Shown here: in pieces, positions 17,519-26,028 of the stretch
Layout of the letters: every line of letters begins with the position of its first letter
How positions within the stretch are numbered: position 1 is the first letter of the stretch
Assembly (NCBI GenBank): GCA_021735045.1
Contig: JAIPHU010000005.1
Location: forward strand, 1 to 32,000
Reading direction: 5' to 3'
Length of the DNA stretch: 32,000 bases
From: Candidatus Omnitrophota bacterium
Lineage (GTDB): Bacteria; Omnitrophota; Gorgyraeia; Duberdicusellales; 4484-171
Position numbers and translations under genes: made by a program
The notes under the pieces: generated by a model
The model's input: the letters and a program-made list of their open reading frames with translations, nothing else
Database searches by the model: none
Told to the model about the DNA's origin: nothing

Positions 17519-19813
17519 TTAGCACTTTGAATAACCACATGCATCACAAAGAAGGCAACCCTCTTGATGACGCAAAGCAAACCCACAGTCAGGACAAACA
17601 CCCACTACATTATGAGAATTTTTTTTCACCTTCACTTTTACCTTTTCTTTTTGAGTTTTAGCCTCAGGTTCTTCAGGCAAAGTTACGGCTTTGGCCTTAA
17701 TCTTATTTTTTTGATCTAAGCCTCTTTTCTCAAGTACTCTGGATATGGCATCCGAACAAGAAAATATTTTTTTCCCTTTATCCCAGGAAGGGGAAGGGCA
17801 TCTAATACCTTTAAGCTGTTCAACTATAACCTTCATATCAATTCCTCCCCGTAAAGCAAGAGAAACTAATCTTCCTACAGCTTCTAGCTGAGAAGCCGCA
17901 CAACCACCAGCTTTACCCATTTGAGTAAACACTTCAAAAAAATTACCCTCTTCATCTTGATTTAAAGTAATATATAAATTACCACAACCTGTGGTTACCT
18001 TGGTGGTGGTACCTAAAATTACTTCTGGCCTGGGTTTAGGGTAAGGAACAGTTCCTTTTTTATCTTCTTTTTCTTTTTTCTTTTCTTCTTTACTTATGGT
18101 CAAGACTTGTCCACTCCTACTTCCATCTCTATAGACTGTCAGCCCCTTACAGTTCAACTTATAAGCCAAAAGATATGATTCTTTAACATCATCTAACAGG
18201 GCCGTAGAAGCAAGATTAATTGTCTTTGAAACTGCGTTATCAGTATATTCTTGAAAAGCAGCTTGCATCTTTATATGCCAAAAAGAAGAAATATCCATAG
18301 CTGTCTTAAATATCCGTCTAGCCTCCTCGGGGACCTCATCTATTTCCTGAATACTTGTACCAGATGCAATTTTTTCCATAAGCTCTTTTGAATAAAATCC
18401 CTTTTTCTTAGCATAATATTCAAAGGCCGGGTCAATCTCTAATAGTTTTTCCCCATCTAAAACATTGCGGAAATAAGATAAGAAAAAATTAGGTTCTATT
18501 CCTGAGGAAGTAGGCCCACTGATAATACTTATTGTTCCAGTTGGTGCAATAGTGGTTAAGGTGGCATTCCTAACTTTTATCCCTTTTTTATGCCAGGCAC
18601 TGCCTTCCCATGCAGGAAATACACCTTTTTTCTTAGCCAACTCTACCGAAACCTTTTGAGCTTCTTTTTGAATAAAAGCCATTACTTTTTTGGCTAAACT
18701 AATAGCCTCCTTGCTATCATAAGGAATTTCTAAAAATCCCAGCATAGTAGCCCATCCCATAATGCCTAAACCTATTTTTCTAGTCTTTTTAGTATTCTCA
18801 TCAATTTCCGGTAAAGGAAATTTGTTGGCATCAATAACATTATCTAAGAAAAGCACACTAGTTTTTACGGTATCCTTAAGTTTTTCCCAGTCAAGTTTAA
18901 ACCCTTGATCACTTTCTTGAAGCATTTTATATAAGTTGATTGAGCCCAAGTTACAACTTTCATAAGGAAGCAGGGGTTGCTCGCCACAAGGGTTGGTGCT
19001 TTCAATTGCACCAAGATTAGGAGTAGGGTTACCTTTATTTATTTTATCTATAAATACTATCCCTGGCTCACCATTATTATAAGCACATTCGGCTATACGA
19101 TTAAAAACTTCAGCCGCATCTAAACTACCGACAACTTTTTTATTCTTCGGGTTAATAAGATCATAACTTTTATTTTCAACTACTTTTTCTATAAAATCAT
19201 CAGTAATTGCTACCGAAATATTAAAATTAGATATATCTCCATCCTTAGCTTTACATTCAATAAATTTTAAAATATCTGGGTGGTCTATACGCAAAATACC
19301 CATATTTGCACCGCGTCTTGTACCACCCTGCTTAACTGCTTGTGTGGCTGAATCAAAAACTTTCATAAAAGATATCGGGCCTGAAGCTACGCCACCGGTA
19401 GTTTTTACTACACTACTATGAGGCCGCAGACGGGAAAAACTAAAACCTGTCCCGCCTCCAGTTTTATGAATAAGTGCAGTAGACTTTATTGCATCAAAGA
19501 TAGACTCCATTGAATCCTTTACAGGAACAACAAAACAAGCAGATAGTTGGCCTAGTTCTTTACCGGCATTCATCAAAGTAGGCGAGTTAGGCATAAATTC
19601 TAAATTTTCCATTGCTTTAAAAAAAAGATTTTCTAAGTTATCAACCTCTTGTTGACCAACCCCATATTTTTGCTCAACAGATGAAATAGCTTTAGCTACG
19701 CGCCTAAGCATCTGTCTAGGATTTTCAACTATTTGGCCCTTATCATCTTTTTTTAAATATCTTCTTTTTAAGACAACAATAGCATTTTCAGAAAAACCTA
19801 ACTTCTCCTTCAT
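17519..19813 (-). CDS. nrdJ: Class II (adenosylcobalamin-dependent) ribonucleoside-triphosphate/diphosphate reductase
   Basis: Active-site TNPCGEQPL...CNLGSINL, C-terminal TTGCGNLYIT...GKAGGCA module, and a terminal Cys-rich tail CPDCG...CLLCDACGYSKC. SD AGGAGG at 19824..19819. Confidence 0.92.
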   Translation of the reverse strand: MKEKLGFSENAIVVLKRRYLKKDDKGQIVENPRQMLRRVAKAISSVEQKYGVGQQEVDNLENLFFKAMENLEFMPNSPTLMNAGKELGQLSACFVVPVKDSMESIFDAIKSTALIHKTGGGTGFSFSRLRPHSSVVKTTGGVASGPISFMKVFDSATQAVKQGGTRRGANMGILRIDHPDILKFIECKAKDGDISNFNISVAITDDFIEKVVENKSYDLINPKNKKVVGSLDAAEVFNRIAECAYNNGEPGIVFIDKINKGNPTPNLGAIESTNPCGEQPLLPYESCNLGSINLYKMLQESDQGFKLDWEKLKDTVKTSVLFLDNVIDANKFPLPEIDENTKKTRKIGLGIMGWATMLGFLEIPYDSKEAISLAKKVMAFIQKEAQKVSVELAKKKGVFPAWEGSAWHKKGIKVRNATLTTIAPTGTISIISGPTSSGIEPNFFLSYFRNVLDGEKLLEIDPAFEYYAKKKGFYSKELMEKIASGTSIQEIDEVPEEARRIFKTAMDISSFWHIKMQAAFQEYTDNAVSKTINLASTALLDDVKESYLLAYKLNCKGLTVYRDGSRSGQVLTISKEEKKKEKEDKKGTVPYPKPRPEVILGTTTKVTTGCGNLYITLNQDEEGNFFEVFTQMGKAGGCAASQLEAVGRLVSLALRGGIDMKVIVEQLKGIRCPSPSWDKGKKIFSCSDAISRVLEKRGLDQKNKIKAKAVTLPEEPEAKTQKEKVKVKVKKNSHNVVGVCPDCGFALRHQEGCLLCDACGYSKC

Positions 19814-19903
19814 AACTGCCTCCTTTACCTTTGATTTGTTTAAAAAAAATATTGTTGAATAGACTAAAAACTAGTACCTTGCTGAATATATGCGAGTAGA
19901 AGT

Positions 19904-19932
19904 TTTATATCACAGAAATAAGACAATGTCAA
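19904..19932 (-). promoter_or_regulatory. Candidate nrdJ promoter
   Basis: Minus strand: TTGACA (19932..19927), 17-nt spacer, TATAAA (19909..19904). The predicted leader is ~85 nt. Confidence 0.5.
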
Positions 19933-19937
19933 GAAAA

Positions 19938-19984
19938 ATACCAAATATTGTATATATAGCTAAAATAAACACAATATATGGGAA
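19938..19984 (-). promoter_or_regulatory. Two tandem NrdR-box-like 16-mers upstream of and abutting the nrdJ -35
   Basis: Minus strand: TTCCCATATATTGTGT (19984..19969) and ATACAATATTTGGTAT (19953..19938). Each matches acaCwAtATaTwgtgt at 12/16. Centres are 31 bp apart. Confidence 0.5.
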
Positions 19985-20015
19985 TGTTTATTCTTCTTAA
20001 AAATTTAATTTTTAA

Positions 20016-21014
20016 TTATTGTAAAAACCCTACAGTGTCTCTAATCACAAGCTTGGGTTCAAGAACTACCTTTTGAGGGGGTGTCTTTTTATCAATAGTT
20101 TGTCTTAATATCTTAACAGCTTCTCTGGCCATTTGATCGAGAGGTTGACGCACAGTAGTCAGCATAAGATCCCGATAAGAAAGGTTTGGATTATCATCAA
20201 ATCCGATCACACTTAAACTTTGTGGGACTTTGATTGAATTTTCATCAGCAAAATTTAAAACTTCACTGGCAACTTCATCACTGCAGCAAAAAATGGCAGT
20301 AGGTTTTTCTTTAGACGAAAATAATTTATTAAGTTCTTCTCTAGCTTTAGCTCGAGAGAAATTTATCTGGCAAATAGAATTTCCTTTCTTTTTTATTCCG
20401 TTTTTTTCTAAAGCGGCATTAAAACCTTCTACTCTTTGTTTGGCACATTGTACTTCTAGGTCGCCGGCTAAATGAACAATATTTTTATGCCCATGGTTAA
20501 TTAAAAACTCAGTTGCCTCATAAGCACCCTTATAATTATCTACAGCTACAAAGCTTATGTCTTTATCAGATATTTTCCGATTTATCACAACCAATGGAAC
20601 TTTTTCTTTTTTTAATCTTAATAATTGATCTTTATTAGAAATTACATCGGCCATAATCACTCCGTCTACCAAAGATGAATTAAAAATATCTTTGTTGCGA
20701 TATATATTAAGATGCATATCTATTTCTTTTTCATCTAAAGCAACAGCTACTTCTCTAATTATCTTCAGAGCATAAAAAGAATAAAATATTCCCTCATAGC
20801 CAGGAATAATTAAACCAAAAGTATTAAGTTTACCCCCGGCTAATCTACGGGCATAAACTAATGGATGATAGTTCAACTCCTCTATAGCTTTTTCAATTTT
20901 GCGACGATTTTTTTCGCGTAAACGGATGGACTTATTAATATAACGTGAAACAGTGGCGATTGATACGCCAGCTTTAGATGCTACTTCTTTAATAGTAACT
21001 TTAGATGAAGACAC
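20016..21014 (-). CDS. LacI/GalR-family transcriptional repressor
   Basis: N-terminal HTH VTIKEVASKAGVSIATVSRYIN..., hinge YHPLVYARRLAGG, then a periplasmic-binding-protein-fold effector domain. The GTG start lies 6 nt after the upstream stop. Confidence 0.9.
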   Translation of the reverse strand: MSSSKVTIKEVASKAGVSIATVSRYINKSIRLREKNRRKIEKAIEELNYHPLVYARRLAGGKLNTFGLIIPGYEGIFYSFYALKIIREVAVALDEKEIDMHLNIYRNKDIFNSSLVDGVIMADVISNKDQLLRLKKEKVPLVVINRKISDKDISFVAVDNYKGAYEATEFLINHGHKNIVHLAGDLEVQCAKQRVEGFNAALEKNGIKKKGNSICQINFSRAKAREELNKLFSSKEKPTAIFCCSDEVASEVLNFADENSIKVPQSLSVIGFDDNPNLSYRDLMLTTVRQPLDQMAREAVKILRQTIDKKTPPQKVVLEPKLVIRDTVGFLQ

Positions 21015-21020
21015 AAAAAC

Positions 21021-22178
21021 CTATCTGCTAATTACGATATCACCTTCTTGGATATCAAAACTACCTACAACATTTTTTATATCTGCTGCAGATATATTCT
21101 TTCTGGTTTCAATCACTTCTAGAGTTGCAATTTCTCTATTGCCTCTTACGACTTTAAACAAAACACCCGGACTTATTCCAGAAGATTCACCAAGATCAAA
21201 AACTACAAATTTTTCCTGAGGGTTAACAGCGATAACTTCTCCTTTTAACCCTTTTGAGCTTGAAGCTTCCGGCTGTACTACAATAGGAGGCAGCTCTACT
21301 GACCCTGAATCACCGGCAACTGTCTCTTTACCTTCTCTTATAGTTTGATCCAAATCAGCTTGTAATTCCTTAAACGCCAAAGATTTTTCTTGCAAAATAC
21401 TTTCTGCATTAATTATTTTCTCTTCTAACTTATCTTTCTTATCTAAAGTTTCTTTAAGTTTATCTTGAAGTTTACCTTTTTGTCTATTAGTAATTATTAA
21501 CTGCCTTTTTAGGCTACTGGCTTCTTGCCTTATTTTTTTAACCTCTTGAACCGCCTGGCCTCTTTGACGGCGCTCAGCTACTAGATCCATACTCATAACT
21601 CTTAGAGCTCTTTGCTTGGTTTCAACTTCTTGTTTTAATCTATCTTTCTCTGTTTTAAGTGCATCGAGAGTTAAACTTAACTCTTTGTTCTCATTTTTAA
21701 GCTGCGAAACTTGACTCTTAGTATCAAGCAACTGCCGTTTAAGATTATCAACTTTAGCTTCTAGCTCAACCTTTTTCTGGATGAAATCGGCCCAATAGTC
21801 ATCACTTTTACCTGGACTAACTGTATCCTTAGCTACACTAACACCTTGTTGTTTTTCTTTAAGTTTTTCTGCTAGCTGATCCCTTTCTTGAGCCACTTGC
21901 TGATATTTACTTTTTAGTTTATTCCTTTCCTGCTCTATTTGAGAAAGCTTTTGATTTACAGTATTAATCCTTTGGCTCAACTCCCTATTTTTTTGGTTTT
22001 CTCTTTGATACTTTTGTTTTAAGTTGCTTTTTTCTCTTTCTAGGGAACTATTAATACTTTTTAATTTTTGGTTATTTGTTTTCAATTGCATATTCTGCGC
22101 ATAAAAGTTATAGGCCACAAACCCTACTCCCAAAATAATGACCAATAAAACTATAGGAACAACTTTTGTTTTATCCAT
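21021..22178 (-). CDS. Membrane-anchored long coiled-coil protein with a small C-terminal beta-rich domain (function unknown)
   Basis: One N-terminal TM helix (VVPIVLLVIILGVGFVAYNFYA), then ~280 residues of K/E/Q/L-rich heptad-like sequence. The C-terminus GEVIAVNPQEKFVVFDLG...GDIVISR follows. Strong SD GGGGAGG (22190..22184). Confidence 0.75.
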   Translation of the reverse strand: MDKTKVVPIVLLVIILGVGFVAYNFYAQNMQLKTNNQKLKSINSSLEREKSNLKQKYQRENQKNRELSQRINTVNQKLSQIEQERNKLKSKYQQVAQERDQLAEKLKEKQQGVSVAKDTVSPGKSDDYWADFIQKKVELEAKVDNLKRQLLDTKSQVSQLKNENKELSLTLDALKTEKDRLKQEVETKQRALRVMSMDLVAERRQRGQAVQEVKKIRQEASSLKRQLIITNRQKGKLQDKLKETLDKKDKLEEKIINAESILQEKSLAFKELQADLDQTIREGKETVAGDSGSVELPPIVVQPEASSSKGLKGEVIAVNPQEKFVVFDLGESSGISPGVLFKVVRGNREIATLEVIETRKNISAADIKNVVGSFDIQEGDIVISR

Positions 22179-22213
22179 TAATTCCTCCCCCTTTTATATC
22201 TTTGTTTTTTCTA

Positions 22214-22242
22214 ATTATATCATTGCACATAATGAGTGTAAA
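22214..22242 (-). promoter_or_regulatory. Candidate internal promoter for the coiled-coil gene and lacI-family gene
   Basis: Minus strand: TTTACA (22242..22237), 17-nt spacer ending in TGa (extended -10), TATAAT (22219..22214). Confidence 0.5.
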
Positions 22243-22270
22243 GAAGTTTGTTACAATAACTTATAAAATA

Positions 22271-24931
22271 TTAAAACTTTTTCCGGTAATAGACTCTAAA
22301 TATGTGTTGAGTGTCTAAGGTCGGCACTCCTCCTCCAAAAGGAGTATAAGTTGATTCTAAAATTCCACCGGTATTGCCAACACCATATTGAGCAATAAGC
22401 TCACTTGTCTCTTCTAACCTAAACCTTACTTCTGAAAATACTGTATGATGAGTACGTTTAACTACGCGGCTATCATTATTTAATTCGGATAGATCATTCA
22501 CTTTAGAATACACATATCTTAGATAAAAACCAATTTTTTCATTAGGTAAGTAACTAGCTGAAACTCCGATATGATTCATATTCTCATCGATAATTTGAGC
22601 CCAATAATATTCATTACGGGTATAATCAAGATAGAGATTAATTTTATCTGTAGGCCTAAACCCTAAGCCAACTTTAAAGATATCAAAATAAGGATAAGGA
22701 GGTAAAGGAAAATACTGATTGTTATAGACTTGATGAACTTCTTGATAAAAAGTGTTATTATCTTCGGTGGTAGTAGTCCACCAATCTACACTATTTAAAA
22801 TGCTTCTGGGAAAATTATCGTAAGCTAAAGTTACATCATTGGAATGTTCCCAGCTAAAATTTAAGTTCAGCCACTTAAAAAAATCATAGTTAGCACCCAA
22901 CCCAACAGTTTTTAAAGAAGGGTCTTTTCCATCTTCTATCTTATCGTTATTATAATAATCACCAGTTTGCGGGTCAAATATAAAAGGGTCAATTCCTGCT
23001 GTTGTATCCGGCATTTTTTGATAGATACCTAAAAATTTTGTAGTCAGTTTATCAGTTAATTTAAATTGCCCTTCCAATCTGGCAACATTCTCAAGAAACT
23101 TTCCATTCACATCATGAACATTGCGAACATCAAATAAAGCATCTAATCTATCATCGAGTAAGTTTTCCCACTCCACCCTTAAACTAATTACATCTCTGCC
23201 ATAATCAATCCCATCTCCAATTCTAAAAGGTTCCACATCATCCCAGCTTAATGACGGGCCATATAAACCTCCCATACGATAAGAATCAAAAGGTTCGCGA
23301 AAAGTAATGTGTCTTGACCAATATTCATCATCTCTAGTTTGACGGTAACTAGCTAAAGCACTTTCAAAGCCTTGATCCATATGAGTCAAAGATAATCTCA
23401 ACTTATAAAAAGGTTCATTTTTTTCTGGCTGCACCCCAAAATAATCTTTACTAAAAACTCCGCTTGATGAATTAACTAGACTAACATGAAAGGCATTACC
23501 TCGTTTTTCAGTTTCATAGTCTGAAGTTCTATCGGCTTCGGTATAAGAAGTAAGACCCTCCAGTAAAAGTTCTGTGTTTTCTCCTAAACCAATATTTGCA
23601 TCTAAGCCAAACACATTATTAAACACATCTAAAGCTCTTTGGTTATAGCCAAACTTTCCCCCGTAGGTAAACCCTAAAACAATATTATCTAAATTCAGGT
23701 ATTTTGCCCTTAAAGCAGACTCCCAAGTATTAAAACTACCATAGTCTTGCCAAAGTTCTTTTGGAGAAGCTGCTGTAAAATCAATATTTGCACCGCCTAA
23801 ATCATAATTTAGTGCAAACCCACGCAAAGTCGTAAGGCGAGTCCCAGAAGAATCACGAGTATAATAAGCTAAAGCATCATCAAATTTACCTTTATAATAT
23901 CCGACAGGAGCTGCCCCTGACTCTAAAATACCCGGCTCCCAATTCACTAGCCATTGAGATTCTTCCCAATAGGTTCTATTTCCGGTAATTTTAAGAGGGT
24001 CATCAGAGATATAGTCAGCATCTTCTAAAGCAGCCGGAAATACCTTCAAACTCAACGGATCACCTTGATAACTAAACTCTAACTCTCGAAGCGGCCAAAA
24101 ATCTCGATTAATTTCTAATTCAGGAATATCAAAAGTATTACCATACATACCTTCTACAGTCACAGGATGAACTTTTCCATCAACTACTTTTACCTCCGGC
24201 AAATTAAAAGAGTCCGCTAAAAGATTAGTATTTACTGACTGGTTTACAGTATAACGGTCATTAGACCAGTACAAATACTGAATATCTGCGCTATCGCCAC
24301 CTGCACTAACAGTAACTTTATTACTCTTGCCAATAAAACTCCAGGGGCTAATATCAAAATTACCATAAAATCCCCAGCCTTGCTCTTGAGGATAGTCCAG
24401 CTGGAATGATAAGCGGCTAAAAATTGCCGGGTCAAAACTATTTTCCCGCCGGTTATAAGCAGTATCGCTTAAAATGCGCCAATTTTCTTCATTTAAATCA
24501 GCATTGGCTCTCTTCCAGATAGTTTCACCTGATTCTACCCCAAAACTTAATTGGTAGTCACCGCTTAGGGATAGTTTAGATTCTTTTTCTTCTGTTTTAT
24601 TTGCTTTATTAAGAAGAGATTTACCTGAAGAAACTTTATCTTTCTTTTTTACTATTTTTTGTCCAGGCTTTTTTGCAACAGCTGTCTCCGACTCAGAGTA
24701 CTTATCCAAAGCTTTCTCTATTTCTTGCTGTCTGATTTGATTCAGATACTCCTTAGCTTTTTCATTGGCAGGATTAACTTGAAGCGCTTTTTCAAACTCA
24801 GCCTTTGCTTCCTGAAACAACCCCTGATTGATATATTCCTGGCCGATCTCCACTAAATAAACATCTACGGAATCAGCAAAAGCTAAGGGCAAGCAAAAAA
24901 TAATAACTAAAAAAAATAATATTTTTTTCAT
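22271..24931 (-). CDS. Large outer-membrane beta-barrel protein with signal peptide and an N-terminal TPR-like helical hairpin (family not recognised)
   Basis: Signal peptide MKKILFFLVIIFCLPLAFA/DS, then a TPR-like segment (GLFQEAKAEFEKALQVNPANEKAKEYL) and a Lys-rich linker. About 750 aa of aromatic/Gly/Asp-rich alternating sequence follows. The C-terminus ...FRVYYRKKF ends in Phe, as in beta-barrel OMPs. Confidence 0.7.
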   Translation of the reverse strand: MKKILFFLVIIFCLPLAFADSVDVYLVEIGQEYINQGLFQEAKAEFEKALQVNPANEKAKEYLNQIRQQEIEKALDKYSESETAVAKKPGQKIVKKKDKVSSGKSLLNKANKTEEKESKLSLSGDYQLSFGVESGETIWKRANADLNEENWRILSDTAYNRRENSFDPAIFSRLSFQLDYPQEQGWGFYGNFDISPWSFIGKSNKVTVSAGGDSADIQYLYWSNDRYTVNQSVNTNLLADSFNLPEVKVVDGKVHPVTVEGMYGNTFDIPELEINRDFWPLRELEFSYQGDPLSLKVFPAALEDADYISDDPLKITGNRTYWEESQWLVNWEPGILESGAAPVGYYKGKFDDALAYYTRDSSGTRLTTLRGFALNYDLGGANIDFTAASPKELWQDYGSFNTWESALRAKYLNLDNIVLGFTYGGKFGYNQRALDVFNNVFGLDANIGLGENTELLLEGLTSYTEADRTSDYETEKRGNAFHVSLVNSSSGVFSKDYFGVQPEKNEPFYKLRLSLTHMDQGFESALASYRQTRDDEYWSRHITFREPFDSYRMGGLYGPSLSWDDVEPFRIGDGIDYGRDVISLRVEWENLLDDRLDALFDVRNVHDVNGKFLENVARLEGQFKLTDKLTTKFLGIYQKMPDTTAGIDPFIFDPQTGDYYNNDKIEDGKDPSLKTVGLGANYDFFKWLNLNFSWEHSNDVTLAYDNFPRSILNSVDWWTTTTEDNNTFYQEVHQVYNNQYFPLPPYPYFDIFKVGLGFRPTDKINLYLDYTRNEYYWAQIIDENMNHIGVSASYLPNEKIGFYLRYVYSKVNDLSELNNDSRVVKRTHHTVFSEVRFRLEETSELIAQYGVGNTGGILESTYTPFGGGVPTLDTQHIFRVYYRKKF

Positions 24932-24938
24932 TTGCTTT

Positions 24939-24967
24939 ATTCTATCAAAAAAAGTAAACGCTTACAA
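24939..24967 (-). promoter_or_regulatory. Candidate promoter of the large OMP gene
   Basis: Minus strand: TTGTAA (24967..24962), 17-nt spacer, TAGAAT (24944..24939), then 7 nt to the ATG at 24931. No SD is present. Confidence 0.4.
24953..24966 (-). promoter_or_regulatory. LacI-family-type operator candidate
   Basis: Minus strand TGTAAGCGTTTACT compared with the generic LacI/GalR palindrome TGTAAnCGnTTACA: 11 of 12 specified positions match, with a central CG. It overlaps the -35 and spacer. Confidence 0.45.
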
Positions 24968-25050
24968 TATCTATTTGCAACCTTTACTGTCATTGTTAGC
25001 AGGTAAGAACTTGTAGAGTGTCCCCAAATGGCTAAAAGTAGGACGTCTGC

Positions 25051-25992
25051 TTACTTGTTAAAGATTTTATCTTTATTGGTATTTTCTGAAGGGCGCGACT
25101 TCCAGCGGCGATGAACCCAGCTCCAGTGCTCGGGCCGTTGCCTTATCCAGCCTTCGATAATTTTAGTAAACTCAGCGGCATTAATTAATATTGTTTCATT
25201 TTTATCCTTGCCTAAAGTTAACTCTTTCTCCGGACACACCTTTAGGCAATGCTCTTTTTCTTTTAATCTATATATATAAGAAGGTATCAGCGCTGCTTTG
25301 GTCCGTAAAGACAAAATTATCGGCCCAGTTGGAGTTGCCGCTAATTTATTAAAAAATTTGACCCAAACCCCGCCAGTGCCAAAGTTTTGGTCCATAAGTA
25401 TAATCACTATCTCATTATTAGCTAAAGCATTAATTATCCCCGCCACACAAGCCCGGCGCGGATAAACCGAGATACTCTTTACTCCAGCATCTGTTCTTAA
25501 TTTATGAAAATGTGCTTCTGCGTATTTATCCCGCATTGGCCGGGCAACAAGATTAACCGGATAACCTTCTGCTGCCAGGCGCAAACTCATCAAAGGAAAG
25601 TTGCCATAATGAGCCGTAACTAAAATCGCTCCTTTGCCTTTGGCTAAAGCCTGATCTAGATTTTCTTTACCCTTAATTTTTACCGTCCCATGAAGTTCTT
25701 TTATATTATTGAGGTAATAGATAAGTTCAAAGCCTCCTTCGGCAATAAAGACAAAAAACTGTTTAGCAATTTTTTCTCTTTGGCTCAAAGAATAGTTTGG
25801 AAAAGCAATGGCAAGGCTATTTAAAGCAATTTTTCGATGGCGGGATAAAACCAAATAGGCTAAGGAACCTAGGATTTTACCTAAAAGCAAATTTATACTA
25901 AGCGGTGCTACTCCGGACAAAAAAGTAAAAGATTTGATAAAACACAATCCAACTTTTCTTCTTAATAACTTCTTTTTTTCTTTTTTATTCAT
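25051..25992 (-). CDS. Lipid A late acyltransferase family protein (LpxL/HtrB/MsbB-like)
   Basis: N-terminal membrane anchor, the family pattern ...AILVTAHYGNFPL..., C-terminal PEHWSWVHRRWK typical of the family, and envelope-gene context. Confidence 0.75.
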   Translation of the reverse strand: MNKKEKKKLLRRKVGLCFIKSFTFLSGVAPLSINLLLGKILGSLAYLVLSRHRKIALNSLAIAFPNYSLSQREKIAKQFFVFIAEGGFELIYYLNNIKELHGTVKIKGKENLDQALAKGKGAILVTAHYGNFPLMSLRLAAEGYPVNLVARPMRDKYAEAHFHKLRTDAGVKSISVYPRRACVAGIINALANNEIVIILMDQNFGTGGVWVKFFNKLAATPTGPIILSLRTKAALIPSYIYRLKEKEHCLKVCPEKELTLGKDKNETILINAAEFTKIIEGWIRQRPEHWSWVHRRWKSRPSENTNKDKIFNK

Positions 25993-26000
25993 AGAAAATG

Positions 26001-26028
26001 ATTATAGCAAAGGCTTGTTTTTAATCAA
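26001..26028 (-). promoter_or_regulatory. Candidate promoter for the LpxL-like gene
   Basis: Minus strand: TTGATT (26028..26023, includes the lnt stop TGA), 16-nt spacer, TATAAT (26006..26001), then 8 nt to the ATG. No SD is present. Confidence 0.4.

Noticed and set aside
19814-19903. A possible cobalamin riboswitch in the nrdJ leader, since the enzyme is B12-dependent.
   Set aside because: The predicted leader is only ~85 nt and AT-rich. It has no B12-box-like GC-rich core and no multi-stem architecture, so it is far too short for a cobalamin riboswitch.
24932-24991. An 18-codon upstream ORF (MTVKVANRYCKRLLFLIE*) on the minus strand, ending 5 nt before the OMP start codon. This could be a leader peptide.
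   Set aside because: It has no SD, and an open frame of this length is expected by chance. It would also lie upstream of, or across, the predicted promoter and operator. There is no independent support.
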